Below, piece by piece: positions 1 through 7,463 of a DNA stretch of 64,000 nucleotides. Below the pieces are notes generated by a model that did not search any database, was not told where the DNA came from, and saw nothing but the letters and a program-made list of their open reading frames with translations. The number at the start of each line of letters is the position of its first letter. Position 1 is the stretch's first letter. The translations under genes and the position numbers were made by a program. Location: IMG/VR virus record IMGVR_UViG_2617270923_000003, positions 1 to 64,000 of that record. One strand, written 5' to 3'. This stretch comes from a virus.

Positions 1-564
1 TCATGCCGCAAGCCCCTTATCCACGCACTCTTTACGCAGGCGCGCAATCTGCTCGATGGTGAGGCGCCAGACGATCGGGTCAGCCTGGCGAAGGCATTCC
101 ATCGCTTCTGACTTCTCGCGCAGATACTGCAGCGCGAACTTCGGATCGAGTTCCACGATGTTGCGGGTGTTGTCGCGGATATCGAGAACCTTGACCGTCG
201 CTACCCAAGCCGGCGCTTGGCGCAGTCGCGCGCAATTGATCTGGTGACGGGCCGCCCGGTTGCCGGCTTCCTTGCCGACATTAGTCAGGAAGTAGAGGCC
301 GTCGTGGATGTCCTCGCCGAATTCCTGTTTGATCTGGTCGAGCGTAACGCCGGTGTCCTCGACGACATCGTGGAGCAAGGCCAGAACAACCTGCTGCCAG
401 GTATGCCCCGGAACAGCCTGGATCATGCCGGCGATCGTGCGCGGGTGTTGAATATAAGGCTCACCTGTGTATTTGCGCACCTGGCTCACAGCGGAGTGAG
501 CCGCGAACGCGAACAGATCGGCGCGGGCGATTTGGTTGTCGCCGTGAACTGAATAGCGGTTCAT
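1..564 (-). CDS. HD-domain hydrolase of RelA/SpoT type (small alarmone (p)ppGpp hydrolase-like); 3' end lies outside window
   Basis: The ORF runs to the window edge. It carries 'H..V..GEPYIQHP' plus 'ALLHDVVEDT', the hallmark metal-binding His/Asp motifs of the RelA/SpoT/Mesh1 HD family. Confidence 0.6.
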   Translation of the reverse strand: MNRYSVHGDNQIARADLFAFAAHSAVSQVRKYTGEPYIQHPRTIAGMIQAVPGHTWQQVVLALLHDVVEDTGVTLDQIKQEFGEDIHDGLYFLTNVGKEAGNRAARHQINCARLRQAPAWVATVKVLDIRDNTRNIVELDPKFALQYLREKSEAMECLRQADPIVWRLTIEQIARLRKECVDKGLAA

Positions 565-635
565 TCTGGTGTCTTTCTTCTTCGGTCGTTGCTGATATTC
601 GAATCTTAACGCTCTCGACTTCGGAGAGCGGCAGG

Positions 636-950
636 CTATGTGCGGTCGTTATTGTTGACCGCGATCAAACCAGTCGCCCGCGCCGCGCCCAATATGTCGC
701 GCTTGATATTCTTGGTGTCGCGGTGATCACCCGCCGTCGATGCGCAGAACACCTTGCGGGATCCATTCGGTCCTCGAATGGTGATTTGCAGGTGGTGTCC
801 GGAGTGCTCGATTGTTGCGGCGGGGCAGATTGCTTGAGCGAGCCGCAATAGCTCGCGCTTTCGTTTTTGGACGCTCATAGGGTTAGAACCTCGCATAGTC
901 GGGATGGTCACGATAGAAAGGCTCCCCGCCAAGGACGCCTTCCATTTCAT
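636..950 (-). CDS. hypothetical protein; true start probably at the internal MSVQKRK Met near 878
   Basis: ORF in the minus-strand gene array. The longest form overlaps the upstream gene by 68 nt, so a later start is likely. Confidence 0.35.
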   Translation of the reverse strand: MKWKASLAGSLSIVTIPTMRGSNPMSVQKRKRELLRLAQAICPAATIEHSGHHLQITIRGPNGSRKVFCASTAGDHRDTKNIKRDILGAARATGLIAVNNNDRT

Positions 951-1188
951 TCACGACGCTGATAGCTGCCACAGCCTGCTCAGCGGCACGTTTTTGTCGA
1001 AGCCCCTCTTGACCGGCGACCTGGGTGAATAGGTATTCGGCCATTTCGCGCGTTTGGGCAGGCTGTTTGGATAGGTATTCGTGGGTTCGGGGCCGATAGC
1101 GCACCACGAGCCAACCTGTTTTCGCAGGATCGGGATCGCGGATGATGGAAACCTCAACGTCGCCGACCTTGATCCTCTTTCCGCTCAT
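883..1188 (-). CDS. hypothetical protein ending ...DYARF (member of the C-terminal aromatic-tail family)
   Basis: 101-aa ORF translationally coupled to its neighbours. Confidence 0.45.
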   Translation of the reverse strand: MSGKRIKVGDVEVSIIRDPDPAKTGWLVVRYRPRTHEYLSKQPAQTREMAEYLFTQVAGQEGLRQKRAAEQAVAAISVVNEMEGVLGGEPFYRDHPDYARF

Positions 1189-1412
1189 GTTTCGTGAGCG
1201 TCCTTAACGAGCTCCGACACCTCATCTGCCGGGACGCGATCCATCTTCACGCGATAGGTCTCGCCATCATCGCCAAAAATTATGAGCTCCTGGGTCATCG
1301 AGCGACCGTGCGCGCCTTCGTGCCAGCGCTTGTAAATTTTGCCGGGAAAGTCTTCGCCGCACACGTTGGCGCAGTCTGTGAGGTGATCGAGCATGTTTTG
1401 CGGTGTCTGCAT
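1185..1412 (-). CDS. hypothetical protein (75 aa)
   Basis: ORF with AGGAG RBS directly downstream of a promoter/palindrome cassette at 1429-1456. Confidence 0.5.
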   Translation of the reverse strand: MQTPQNMLDHLTDCANVCGEDFPGKIYKRWHEGAHGRSMTQELIIFGDDGETYRVKMDRVPADEVSELVKDAHET

Positions 1413-1428
1413 GGCTTTGCTCCTGTTT

Positions 1429-1456
1429 TAAGTAAGTCATTACTTACGTTATAGCG
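1429..1456 (-). promoter_or_regulatory. promoter/operator cassette copy (TAAGTAAgtcaTTACTTA + TTATAGCG on the plus strand; CGCTATAA-palindrome-RBS in gene direction)
   Basis: The 7-bp inverted repeat lies 17 nt upstream of the ATG at 1412. The CTATAA -10-like box lies 2 nt upstream of the palindrome. A GC box (GCGC) lies ~17 bp further upstream. Confidence 0.5.
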
Positions 1457-1492
1457 CGAACTAAATCGGAGCGCGCAAGGTAGTGAGCGGAA

Positions 1493-1841
1493 TCAGTAGT
1501 CGTGCGCGTAGAACACCGAGAGAACCCGGATCGTTACGTTGGGATCCTCCGGGTGCTCCGACAGACTTTCCTCGTCCAGGGCGTAATAGTCGATCTTGAA
1601 CATGAACCGCTCACCTGCGGTCTCGAATGTCCCGCAATCGTGTTCGCCGTGCGGGTCGTTGTCCGGATTGAAGTTGTTGAAGCTCTGGAGCGCGGCGATA
1701 ACCAACGCCATTTTCAATCCATCATCGACTTCGTTCACCAGATCGCCAGTGATGATCACTTTACCATTCCGCGAACGGCCGGCGATCCTCAGCTCGTCGT
1801 TCAGGGCCGCGATGCGGGCCTTCTTTTTGTCGTCTGTCACC
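1493..1841 (-). CDS. hypothetical protein; likely GTG start (VTDDKKK...) overlapping the upstream stop, RBS GGAGGA
   Basis: The long ORF 1493..1981 overlaps ORF 1837..2142. A GTGA stop/start overlap with GGAGGA 8 nt upstream gives a consistent coupled start. Confidence 0.4.
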
Positions 1842-2142
1842 AGAGGTCCTCCGAATATAGCTGTGGCGTCGGCTTCGTCTCCTTGAGCTGGCCGGAGCCG
1901 ATGGCGAGGTAATAGGCTTCGACACGGTTCACGAATCGGCCGGTATCGGTCAGAAACCCCTGCGTCTGGGGTGTCGCCCAAGTGCCGTCGAGGTTCTGCA
2001 TTTCCAGATCCATCGTCTGGATGATGGTGTGATGCCGGGCGGGAGGAGGAAGCGAGATGATCGCTCCGAAGTTGATTGCCGCGGCGATGATGCGCTCAGG
2101 GGAAGAAGACACGAGCCAACCCCACTGCGATGAGTGCGCCAA
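1837..2142 (-). CDS. hypothetical protein (101 aa)
   Basis: ORF in a coupled array. Confidence 0.4.
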   Translation of the reverse strand: MAHSSQWGWLVSSSPERIIAAAINFGAIISLPPPARHHTIIQTMDLEMQNLDGTWATPQTQGFLTDTGRFVNRVEAYYLAIGSGQLKETKPTPQLYSEDLW

Positions 2143-2202
2143 CCGGTGCGCCGACGATATAGCCGACGAGGAAGAGGTCAGAATCCATATACCAAGGCAT
2201 CA

Positions 2203-2907
2203 TCAGAACCCTCCATAAGCAGGGAGCGCCCGTAGGTGTTCGCTGCTGCTGCGCGCTTCCTCGATCTGACGCTCCTCTTCCAGCCGGCGCTGGCGTTCCA
2301 GCTCGGTAAGAACCGCCTTTCGTTCGGCAACCAGGCGCTTGTGCATGATCTCTGCCTTAGCAAGCGCCGTGGTCTTGTTCTTGACCTGCTCCTTGAAACC
2401 CTTGCGGCTGACGTAGAAGCTGCGGCTGGTGCCAGCCAGCGGGTTCGGATTGCGCGGATCGCGCCTGTCGACTTTCATGAGCGAGGCGTAAACCGTGCAG
2501 TCCGGGTGATCTGGATCCTCGAACTTACCCAACAGGTCGCCCTCGAAAACAACAGGCGCCCTAACCGGATTTTCGGTCCATAAGTTGTTGAAGGGGCTTT
2601 CACCAATAGCGATCTCGTTGAGAAAGTAGAACAGGTCGCCCGAGGCTTCATGTGTCCCTCGCGTCTTGGTCGCGGTCATCTTGAGTTCGCGCGAGGGGCT
2701 GCTGCGTCCCAATGCCAGCATGAGCGTTTCCGTCAGCATCGACTTGTTGTAACCGCGGCTGGGTGACGCCATAACGATGCTCAGTTCGCCCGGTCTCCAT
2801 CCCTTAAGGCTTTCTGCAAGGTCCGCCAGGTAGTCAGGGGTCGGAAGCTTTACGTCTTGAGCTTCAAGCTTCAGGCCGTCGAACTCGACAATGTATTGGC
2901 CGCTCAT
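2203..2907 (-). CDS. hypothetical protein (234 aa) ending ...LPAYGGF
   Basis: Long ORF; C-terminal coiled-coil/charged region; member of the aromatic C-tail family. Confidence 0.55.
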   Translation of the reverse strand: MSGQYIVEFDGLKLEAQDVKLPTPDYLADLAESLKGWRPGELSIVMASPSRGYNKSMLTETLMLALGRSSPSRELKMTATKTRGTHEASGDLFYFLNEIAIGESPFNNLWTENPVRAPVVFEGDLLGKFEDPDHPDCTVYASLMKVDRRDPRNPNPLAGTSRSFYVSRKGFKEQVKNKTTALAKAEIMHKRLVAERKAVLTELERQRRLEEERQIEEARSSSEHLRALPAYGGF

Positions 2908-3137
2908 GCTGCATCCTCCCAGCGCGGCTGAATCGCCTCGATCGCTTCCATCGCAATCAGGGTGTGCCAGTCGCCGTCAGGCGCAACCACGCGGATGCCC
3001 AGCACGTTATTGGTGAAGTCGGCTTTGGTGATGACGCCGGTAAAGCTGCGGGTCTTGGTGTAGACACAGACCTCGCGCTTGTCGGGCTTCACAGTCTCGG
3101 CCTGCTCGCGGATAATCTTAACCAGACGGGCACTCAT
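2904..3137 (-). CDS. hypothetical protein (77 aa)
   Basis: ORF with ATGA overlap to its neighbour. Confidence 0.45.
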   Translation of the reverse strand: MSARLVKIIREQAETVKPDKREVCVYTKTRSFTGVITKADFTNNVLGIRVVAPDGDWHTLIAMEAIEAIQPRWEDAA

Positions 3138-3460
3138 GCTACACCGCCCTGGATGAGCTGGAGCTGCGGACGCTGGCGCTTGGGAACCGGCAGGGGCACC
3201 GGGGCGTCGGCAAGCACCTTCTCGGGCTCAGCCGGGGGTGCGGACTGCGTTCCGGCCGCACGCGCCTTTGCCTTCCACTCCGCGAAAGTAGCGGGATCGT
3301 CAGGCGTCCGGGACATCTGGTAGACGGCCTCATGGGTCAGCTTCGCCAAGACAACGGTCGCACCGAGCTTCCTGGTGACGAGCCGCACGTCGTTTGAGCC
3401 TTCCTCGATCTGGATCGCGCCAGACTTCAGCGCGGCATTGATAAGCATGGGCACAATCAT
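3134..3460 (-). CDS. hypothetical protein (108 aa)
   Basis: ORF downstream of the promoter cassette at 3475-3502. Confidence 0.5.
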   Translation of the reverse strand: MIVPMLINAALKSGAIQIEEGSNDVRLVTRKLGATVVLAKLTHEAVYQMSRTPDDPATFAEWKAKARAAGTQSAPPAEPEKVLADAPVPLPVPKRQRPQLQLIQGGVA

Positions 3461-3474
3461 TATTCGAGCCTCCT

Positions 3475-3502
3475 AAGTAATTGCTTACTTAATTTATAGC
3501 GC
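3475..3502 (-). promoter_or_regulatory. promoter/operator cassette copy (TAAGTAAttgcTTACTTA..TTATAGCG)
   Basis: Same architecture upstream of the 3134..3460 gene. Confidence 0.5.
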
Positions 3503-3521
3503 AAAAGTTTGAGGAAGCGCA

Positions 3522-3830
3522 TCAGGTTGCGCGCGAACCATCTTCTTCCCTCTTCGCAACCCAGGCTGCGAAGGCATTGTCGGTGTCCGGCCCTGCATAC
3601 TGCACTGCCTTCTGAACGCCGGCCATCAGCGCCGAGCGTTCATTCTCCGGGTAGTCGGACAGGTTCTTGACGGGGCAGGGATCCTCGGGGTGGAGCTTGG
3701 CCCACTGCTTGCGCATCTCGGCCAGGAAGCCAGCGGCTGCAAATTCGAGCCGCTGTCTGTTGGTCACGTTCACGGGACGGGTCACTTTCTTTTGATCAGT
3801 GCCGCACCTTGCTGGCCGTAAGGGTCGCAA
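3522..3830 (-). CDS. hypothetical protein (102 aa)
   Basis: ORF; overlaps the next ORF by 35 nt. Confidence 0.4.
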   Translation of the reverse strand: MRPLRPARCGTDQKKVTRPVNVTNRQRLEFAAAGFLAEMRKQWAKLHPEDPCPVKNLSDYPENERSALMAGVQKAVQYAGPDTDNAFAAWVAKREEDGSRAT

Positions 3831-4113
3831 AGTCGATCACATCAGGATCAGAGGCGATGTCGATGAGCGTCTGCATAAGCTGCGGATGACCGGCCGCGAA
3901 GGCGAGGGCGAATAACTTCTTACCCTGCTCAAGCATTGCCCGGTCCTCGTCGTTGAGGTGTTCATTGGGCTGCAGTAACCGATTGCGATCATAACCAAAC
4001 GTCAGCGCCTGCACGGCGCCGTTTTTCTTAAGGAGCAGCGCAACGTCTCCTTCTTCCACGATCTGCGTGCCCGTAATCTGTTCGGCAGCTAGAAAGTTGT
4101 TAGTATTAGACAT
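3796..4113 (-). CDS. hypothetical protein (105 aa)
   Basis: ORF; a partial TTATAGC motif lies upstream at about 4185. Confidence 0.45.
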   Translation of the reverse strand: MSNTNNFLAAEQITGTQIVEEGDVALLLKKNGAVQALTFGYDRNRLLQPNEHLNDEDRAMLEQGKKLFALAFAAGHPQLMQTLIDIASDPDVIDFATLTASKVRH

Positions 4114-4347
4114 AAGGTGCTCACTCCGTCAGATGCATTCTATTTCAACCAGAAACTGCGTGTTTCTTCTTTTAACTTATAGCTAAATCAACGAGGAAGC
4201 GCACTGATCCCTCGTTAACCGTCCGAACTTCTTGTCCATAAAGAAGTTGCAAACCGGCAGATATTCGGCTTAAAGCTGAGCCATAATCTCCACTTTGACG
4301 CGTTTCAAGGGCCAGGGCTGGTGATTGGGGTTGAACGGAGAAAACAG

Positions 4348-4551
4348 ATGCTAAGGAATGACTTTGACGCGAACGTAAACGAACTCAAGGCCGCGGTAGT
4401 CGGCGCAATGGAGACGCATTTCAAGGAGCGTCGGTTCACCTTCGACGTAGGGCGCTTTCTCGCGGAGACGCAGGTTGATCTGGACCTGTTTCTACGCGAA
4501 GCATATTTCCTCGGCGCCGAGGTATTTCCGATACAATCACCGCAGCAATAA
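4348..4551 (+). CDS. small hypothetical protein with C-terminal ...FLGAEVFP; paralog of the 5119..5324 gene
   Basis: ATG at 4348 with GGAGAAAACAG RBS; immediately followed by a strong intrinsic terminator. Confidence 0.4.
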   Translation: MLRNDFDANVNELKAAVVGAMETHFKERRFTFDVGRFLAETQVDLDLFLREAYFLGAEVFPIQSPQQ

Positions 4552-4555
4552 AGAA

Positions 4556-4586
4556 AAGGCCCGCTTGTGACGGGCCTTTTTGTTAT
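4556..4586. terminator. Rho-independent terminator, bidirectional (aaggcccgcttgtgacgggccttttt)
   Basis: GC-rich 7-bp stem with a T-tract on the plus strand and an A-tract on the other side. Sits between convergent genes. Confidence 0.65.
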
Positions 4587-4891
4587 TTCTGGAGTTTGTC
4601 GAGATCGCGCTGCAGGTCAGCGGGACTGACCGGTGTGCAGACGTAGGTCCGCGACAGGATCGGTCGACCCGTGGCAGCATCGACAGTCGCCGGCGGCTGG
4701 TCATTCAGCGTCGTAGCTCGAAAGTTGCATTCTTTCTGATCCACTATGCCTTGAACGACAACTTGGGTCTCGGGCGCTTTGCCACCGCCAAGGACCATCA
4801 CCAGAACTACCATCCATGCTGTGTTCATATACATGCCCTGCATTGTTCGTTTAGAAGCGATCTTGGTAACGAACTGGGGCGAAACAGACAA
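4583..4891 (-). CDS. small secreted/membrane protein (hydrophobic N-terminal segment MNTAWMVVLVMVLGGG)
   Basis: ORF with a signal-peptide-like N-terminus; the real start is probably one of the internal Met codons. Confidence 0.35.
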   Translation of the reverse strand: MSVSPQFVTKIASKRTMQGMYMNTAWMVVLVMVLGGGKAPETQVVVQGIVDQKECNFRATTLNDQPPATVDAATGRPILSRTYVCTPVSPADLQRDLDKLQK

Positions 4892-5118
4892 GACATTGCA
4901 ACCAAAAACCTTGCTCTAATATCGGCACCTGAAGGCGACGTAGCTTGACAGCTCCGTAGCGATCCCGGATCTCGCTTCTCGACGTGCTTAAATGTATCTC
5001 ACGACAGCGTGGATAGCGGTAGGCGATTCAAAATTCACAACATCACCGTGCATAAAGTGGTTGACTCTCGGCGCCGAGTGTAGGAATTTTGTCCTACGGA
5101 ACATAACAGGAACGGACG

Positions 5119-5324
5119 GAATGACCCACATGGAATTCTATCAGCATACCGAAGGTTTGCGACAGGCCATCACCGGAGCGATCACAGTATATTTGGCGAG
5201 GAATGATATCCCATTCTCCCAAGAAGCCTTCGTAGAACAATCCTCTACCGAGATCGAGGAACTTTCCAAAGGCGCGCTGTTTTACGGCGCCGAGGTCTTC
5301 CCGGACGCACCCGCGGCATCCTGA
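5119..5324 (+). CDS. small hypothetical protein with C-terminal ...FYGAEVFPDAP; paralog of 4348..4551
   Basis: Shares the C-terminal motif L..E.F.GAEVFP with the 4348..4551 product. The start is chosen at MTHMEF within the longer ORF 4992..5324. Confidence 0.35.
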
Positions 5325-5587
5325 CGCCACTGCTTTATCAGCTTCTCCTTCTGGCCCTGGACATAAGCGGCATCAAACTTTGGATGCCGCTCCCAGAACT
5401 TGAGCTTCCGCTCACAAATCAGGATCTCTTTCTCGACCGAGGCACGCTCTTCCCGCGTGCCCTTGACGGCTACGAAGTTGAGGAACAGATAATTGGAGTA
5501 GTGGCGCAGATAGGCTTCCGAGCCGTTCATCTTCCATACGTCGATGTCGGAATGGGCGCGCGGCGCAGTATCGCTGTAGAAATACAT
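5282..5587 (-). CDS. hypothetical protein (101 aa)
   Basis: ATG at 5587 preceded by GGAGATC RBS. Confidence 0.45.
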   Translation of the reverse strand: MYFYSDTAPRAHSDIDVWKMNGSEAYLRHYSNYLFLNFVAVKGTREERASVEKEILICERKLKFWERHPKFDAAYVQGQKEKLIKQWRQDAAGASGKTSAP

Positions 5588-5740
5588 TTGAGATCTCCGT
5601 CTCGTTGCTGACAGAGATAATTTCGCATGTTCGATCGTGGATATCGGGAGGTGCTTGACGGAAAGCGCCGGGCGACACATATTAGCGGAGTGGGCCAGGA
5701 GCGCTAACTCCTGACCCGTTTACCTTACGAGACGAATAAG

Positions 5741-5777
5741 ACCCGCACTCTCACTGTCCAGGTGGTGCGGGTTTTTC
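5741..5777. terminator. Rho-independent terminator (acccgcac...gtgcgggttttt)
   Basis: 7-bp GC stem followed by TTTTT on the plus strand. Confidence 0.5.
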
Positions 5778-5960
5778 GTATCTCAAAGGTGATACTCAAT
5801 GGCACAAGCCACATCATATCTCTCCTATCGTAGGCGAGGGCACTCGCTGGGTGCTGGTGCGGCCCATCCTCACCAGCGCGCGCCTGGACCTCGCGCACAC
5901 TGCTTTTCGCCTTCGATTCGATCACTTTAGCAGCATCTATAGCGGATGTCGGCAGGTTTA

Positions 5961-6150
5961 CTAGCGGGACCCGGCGCGGGGTGCGCATACGACCTTCGAA
6001 CCGGGCCTGAGCATATTCAACTCCTTTTTGACGACCGCGGCGACCAGCCGGCATTCGTCGCGGCTCGTAAACACAGCATTTGCGCGCTTGATATCGGGCT
6101 CTGGACCCGTGAAGTTGAAAATCAGCAGGATTGTGGTGATCTTGAGCATG
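5961..6150 (-). CDS. hypothetical small protein with hydrophobic N-terminus (62 aa)
   Basis: ATG at 6150 preceded by AAGGAGG RBS. Confidence 0.4.
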
Positions 6151-6218
6151 TTGTGCCTCCTTCTAACCAGAAAAGCCCGCACGAGGCGGGCTTCTCCAGT
6201 CGACTGCGGGATCCGCGG

Positions 6219-7118
6219 TTACTTGATCGCGTTGAAGAACGGGATCGCAGAGTTCGGCGTCATCGTGGTCGGCAGTTCGCCCTTCCACTGCAGAGCCTTC
6301 TGGTATTCGATCAGGTTCGGGTTGGCAGACAGAGCGTCGGACTTGGCCTTGATGGCAGCAGCGTCGGCTTCGCCGATAAGGCGATTACCTTCAGCGACAG
6401 CCTTGGAGTCAGCAAGCTTGCCGGCTGCGTTGGCTTCTGCGACCGCGAGCTGGCTATCAGCCTGGGCCTGCGCATTCGTCACCGCAATTTCAGCGTTGAT
6501 CTTCGCCTGCAGCGCCTTCTGTTCGAGCTTCTTGACCTCGACCTCCTGGGTCATCTTGGCTTCGATATTGTCCTCGTAGCTATCCGGCAGCGAGAAGTTT
6601 TCGATCTGCGCCGAGAGGATCTCGACAGGTCCATCGATGTTGCGGATGCGCTTGGTGAATTCGGCGCCAAGCTCGGCGCGCTTCTGGATCGCGGTGTCAG
6701 CGGTGAACTGTCCAAAGACCGTTTCGAGCGTTTCACCGACGCGACGCGTGACCATCTGGCTCACTGCCTGTTCGACAGTGCCGTAGCGGGTATAGATCTC
6801 CAGGACGGATTCATTTGCAGGCTTGGCGCGGTAGCCGATCGAAACGCGGTGAACGGTCGCGGTCTGACCATCGCGGGTGTAAGCCTTGATCTCGTCAAAG
6901 GTGATCATGCCGTCGCGAAGGGAAACTTCCTTCGTATCGTCGACCCAGGGTGCCTTCCAGTGGAAGCCGGCATCAGCCACACCGGTCACGGCGCCGTTGC
7001 GAAGGACGATCGCCTTCTCGCCTTCATCGACAGTGTAGAAGGAGCCGCCTACGACGCCGAGAGCGACGAACAGGGCGATACCGGCGATAATGCCAGAGAA
7101 AATCTTTGCGGGGCTCAT
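6219..7118 (-). CDS. SPFH/band-7 (prohibitin/HflC-like) membrane protein
   Basis: N-terminal TM helix, then an SPFH core (EKAIVLRNGAVTG...HWKAPW...RDG..ITFDEIKAYTRDGQTATV) and a long Ala/Gln/Lys-rich coiled-coil typical of the HflK/C and stomatin families. Confidence 0.8.
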   Translation of the reverse strand: MSPAKIFSGIIAGIALFVALGVVGGSFYTVDEGEKAIVLRNGAVTGVADAGFHWKAPWVDDTKEVSLRDGMITFDEIKAYTRDGQTATVHRVSIGYRAKPANESVLEIYTRYGTVEQAVSQMVTRRVGETLETVFGQFTADTAIQKRAELGAEFTKRIRNIDGPVEILSAQIENFSLPDSYEDNIEAKMTQEVEVKKLEQKALQAKINAEIAVTNAQAQADSQLAVAEANAAGKLADSKAVAEGNRLIGEADAAAIKAKSDALSANPNLIEYQKALQWKGELPTTMTPNSAIPFFNAIK

Positions 7119-7120
7119 GG

Positions 7121-7243
7121 TTATTCCTTGTCTCCTTTAGACTTGTCGGAACGATTGGTGAGAAACAGACTCGTGCGGTAGACGCCAATGGCGAACACGA
7201 CGAGAAGGACGGCAAAGCCGAGGAACATCGCGAGCTTTCCCAT
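7121..7243 (-). CDS. micro-ORF, single-TM peptide (40 aa: MGKLAMFLGFAVLLVVFAIGVYRTSLFLTNRSDKSKGDKE)
   Basis: Absent from the ORF track (<60 aa). TGATG-coupled to the upstream micro-ORF. Its stop is followed by AAAGGAGACAAGGAATAAcc-ATG of the SPFH gene. Confidence 0.45.
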   Translation of the reverse strand: MGKLAMFLGFAVLLVVFAIGVYRTSLFLTNRSDKSKGDKE

Positions 7244-7383
7244 CACAGGAGAGCCTTGATGCCTTCGACCAGGCCGGCGAGGGCGAGAGCGCCCGTGAAG
7301 ACGATGGCGACGATGACAGCACCGCGGTTACCGTTGTATGCCTTGCCGTCGTGGTTGATGGTGTTCATGTCTTCAGGGCGCAT
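7243..7383 (-). CDS. micro-ORF, single-TM peptide (46 aa: MRPEDMNTINHDGKAYNGNRGAVIVAIVFTGALALAGLVEGIKALL)
   Basis: Lies directly downstream of the promoter cassette at 7406-7432 and is first in the operon with the SPFH gene. Confidence 0.45.
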   Translation of the reverse strand: MRPEDMNTINHDGKAYNGNRGAVIVAIVFTGALALAGLVEGIKALL

Positions 7384-7405
7384 GTCGTTCTCGCTTTCTG
7401 TGAAC

Positions 7406-7432
7406 TAAGTAACGACTTACTTATATCGCTAC
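7406..7432 (-). promoter_or_regulatory. promoter/operator cassette copy (TAAGTAAcgacTTACTTA..TATCGCT variant)
   Basis: Upstream of the micro-ORF/SPFH operon; followed by the CAGGTAGTGAGCGG upstream box. Confidence 0.45.
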
Positions 7433-7463
7433 ACAGTTTGGAGTGCTGCAGGTAGTGAGCGGC

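Noticed and set aside
1429-1446. Resemblance of the palindrome core (TGCTTAC) to the T4 MotA box (TGCTTtA)
   Set aside because: The orientation and spacing relative to the -10-like box do not fit a MotA-type middle promoter for the adjacent minus-strand genes.
5946-7181. 411-aa plus-strand ORF
   Set aside because: It is entirely antisense to the well-supported SPFH gene. Its sequence is low-complexity Arg/Leu/Asp-rich, as expected for a high-GC reverse frame, with no RBS.
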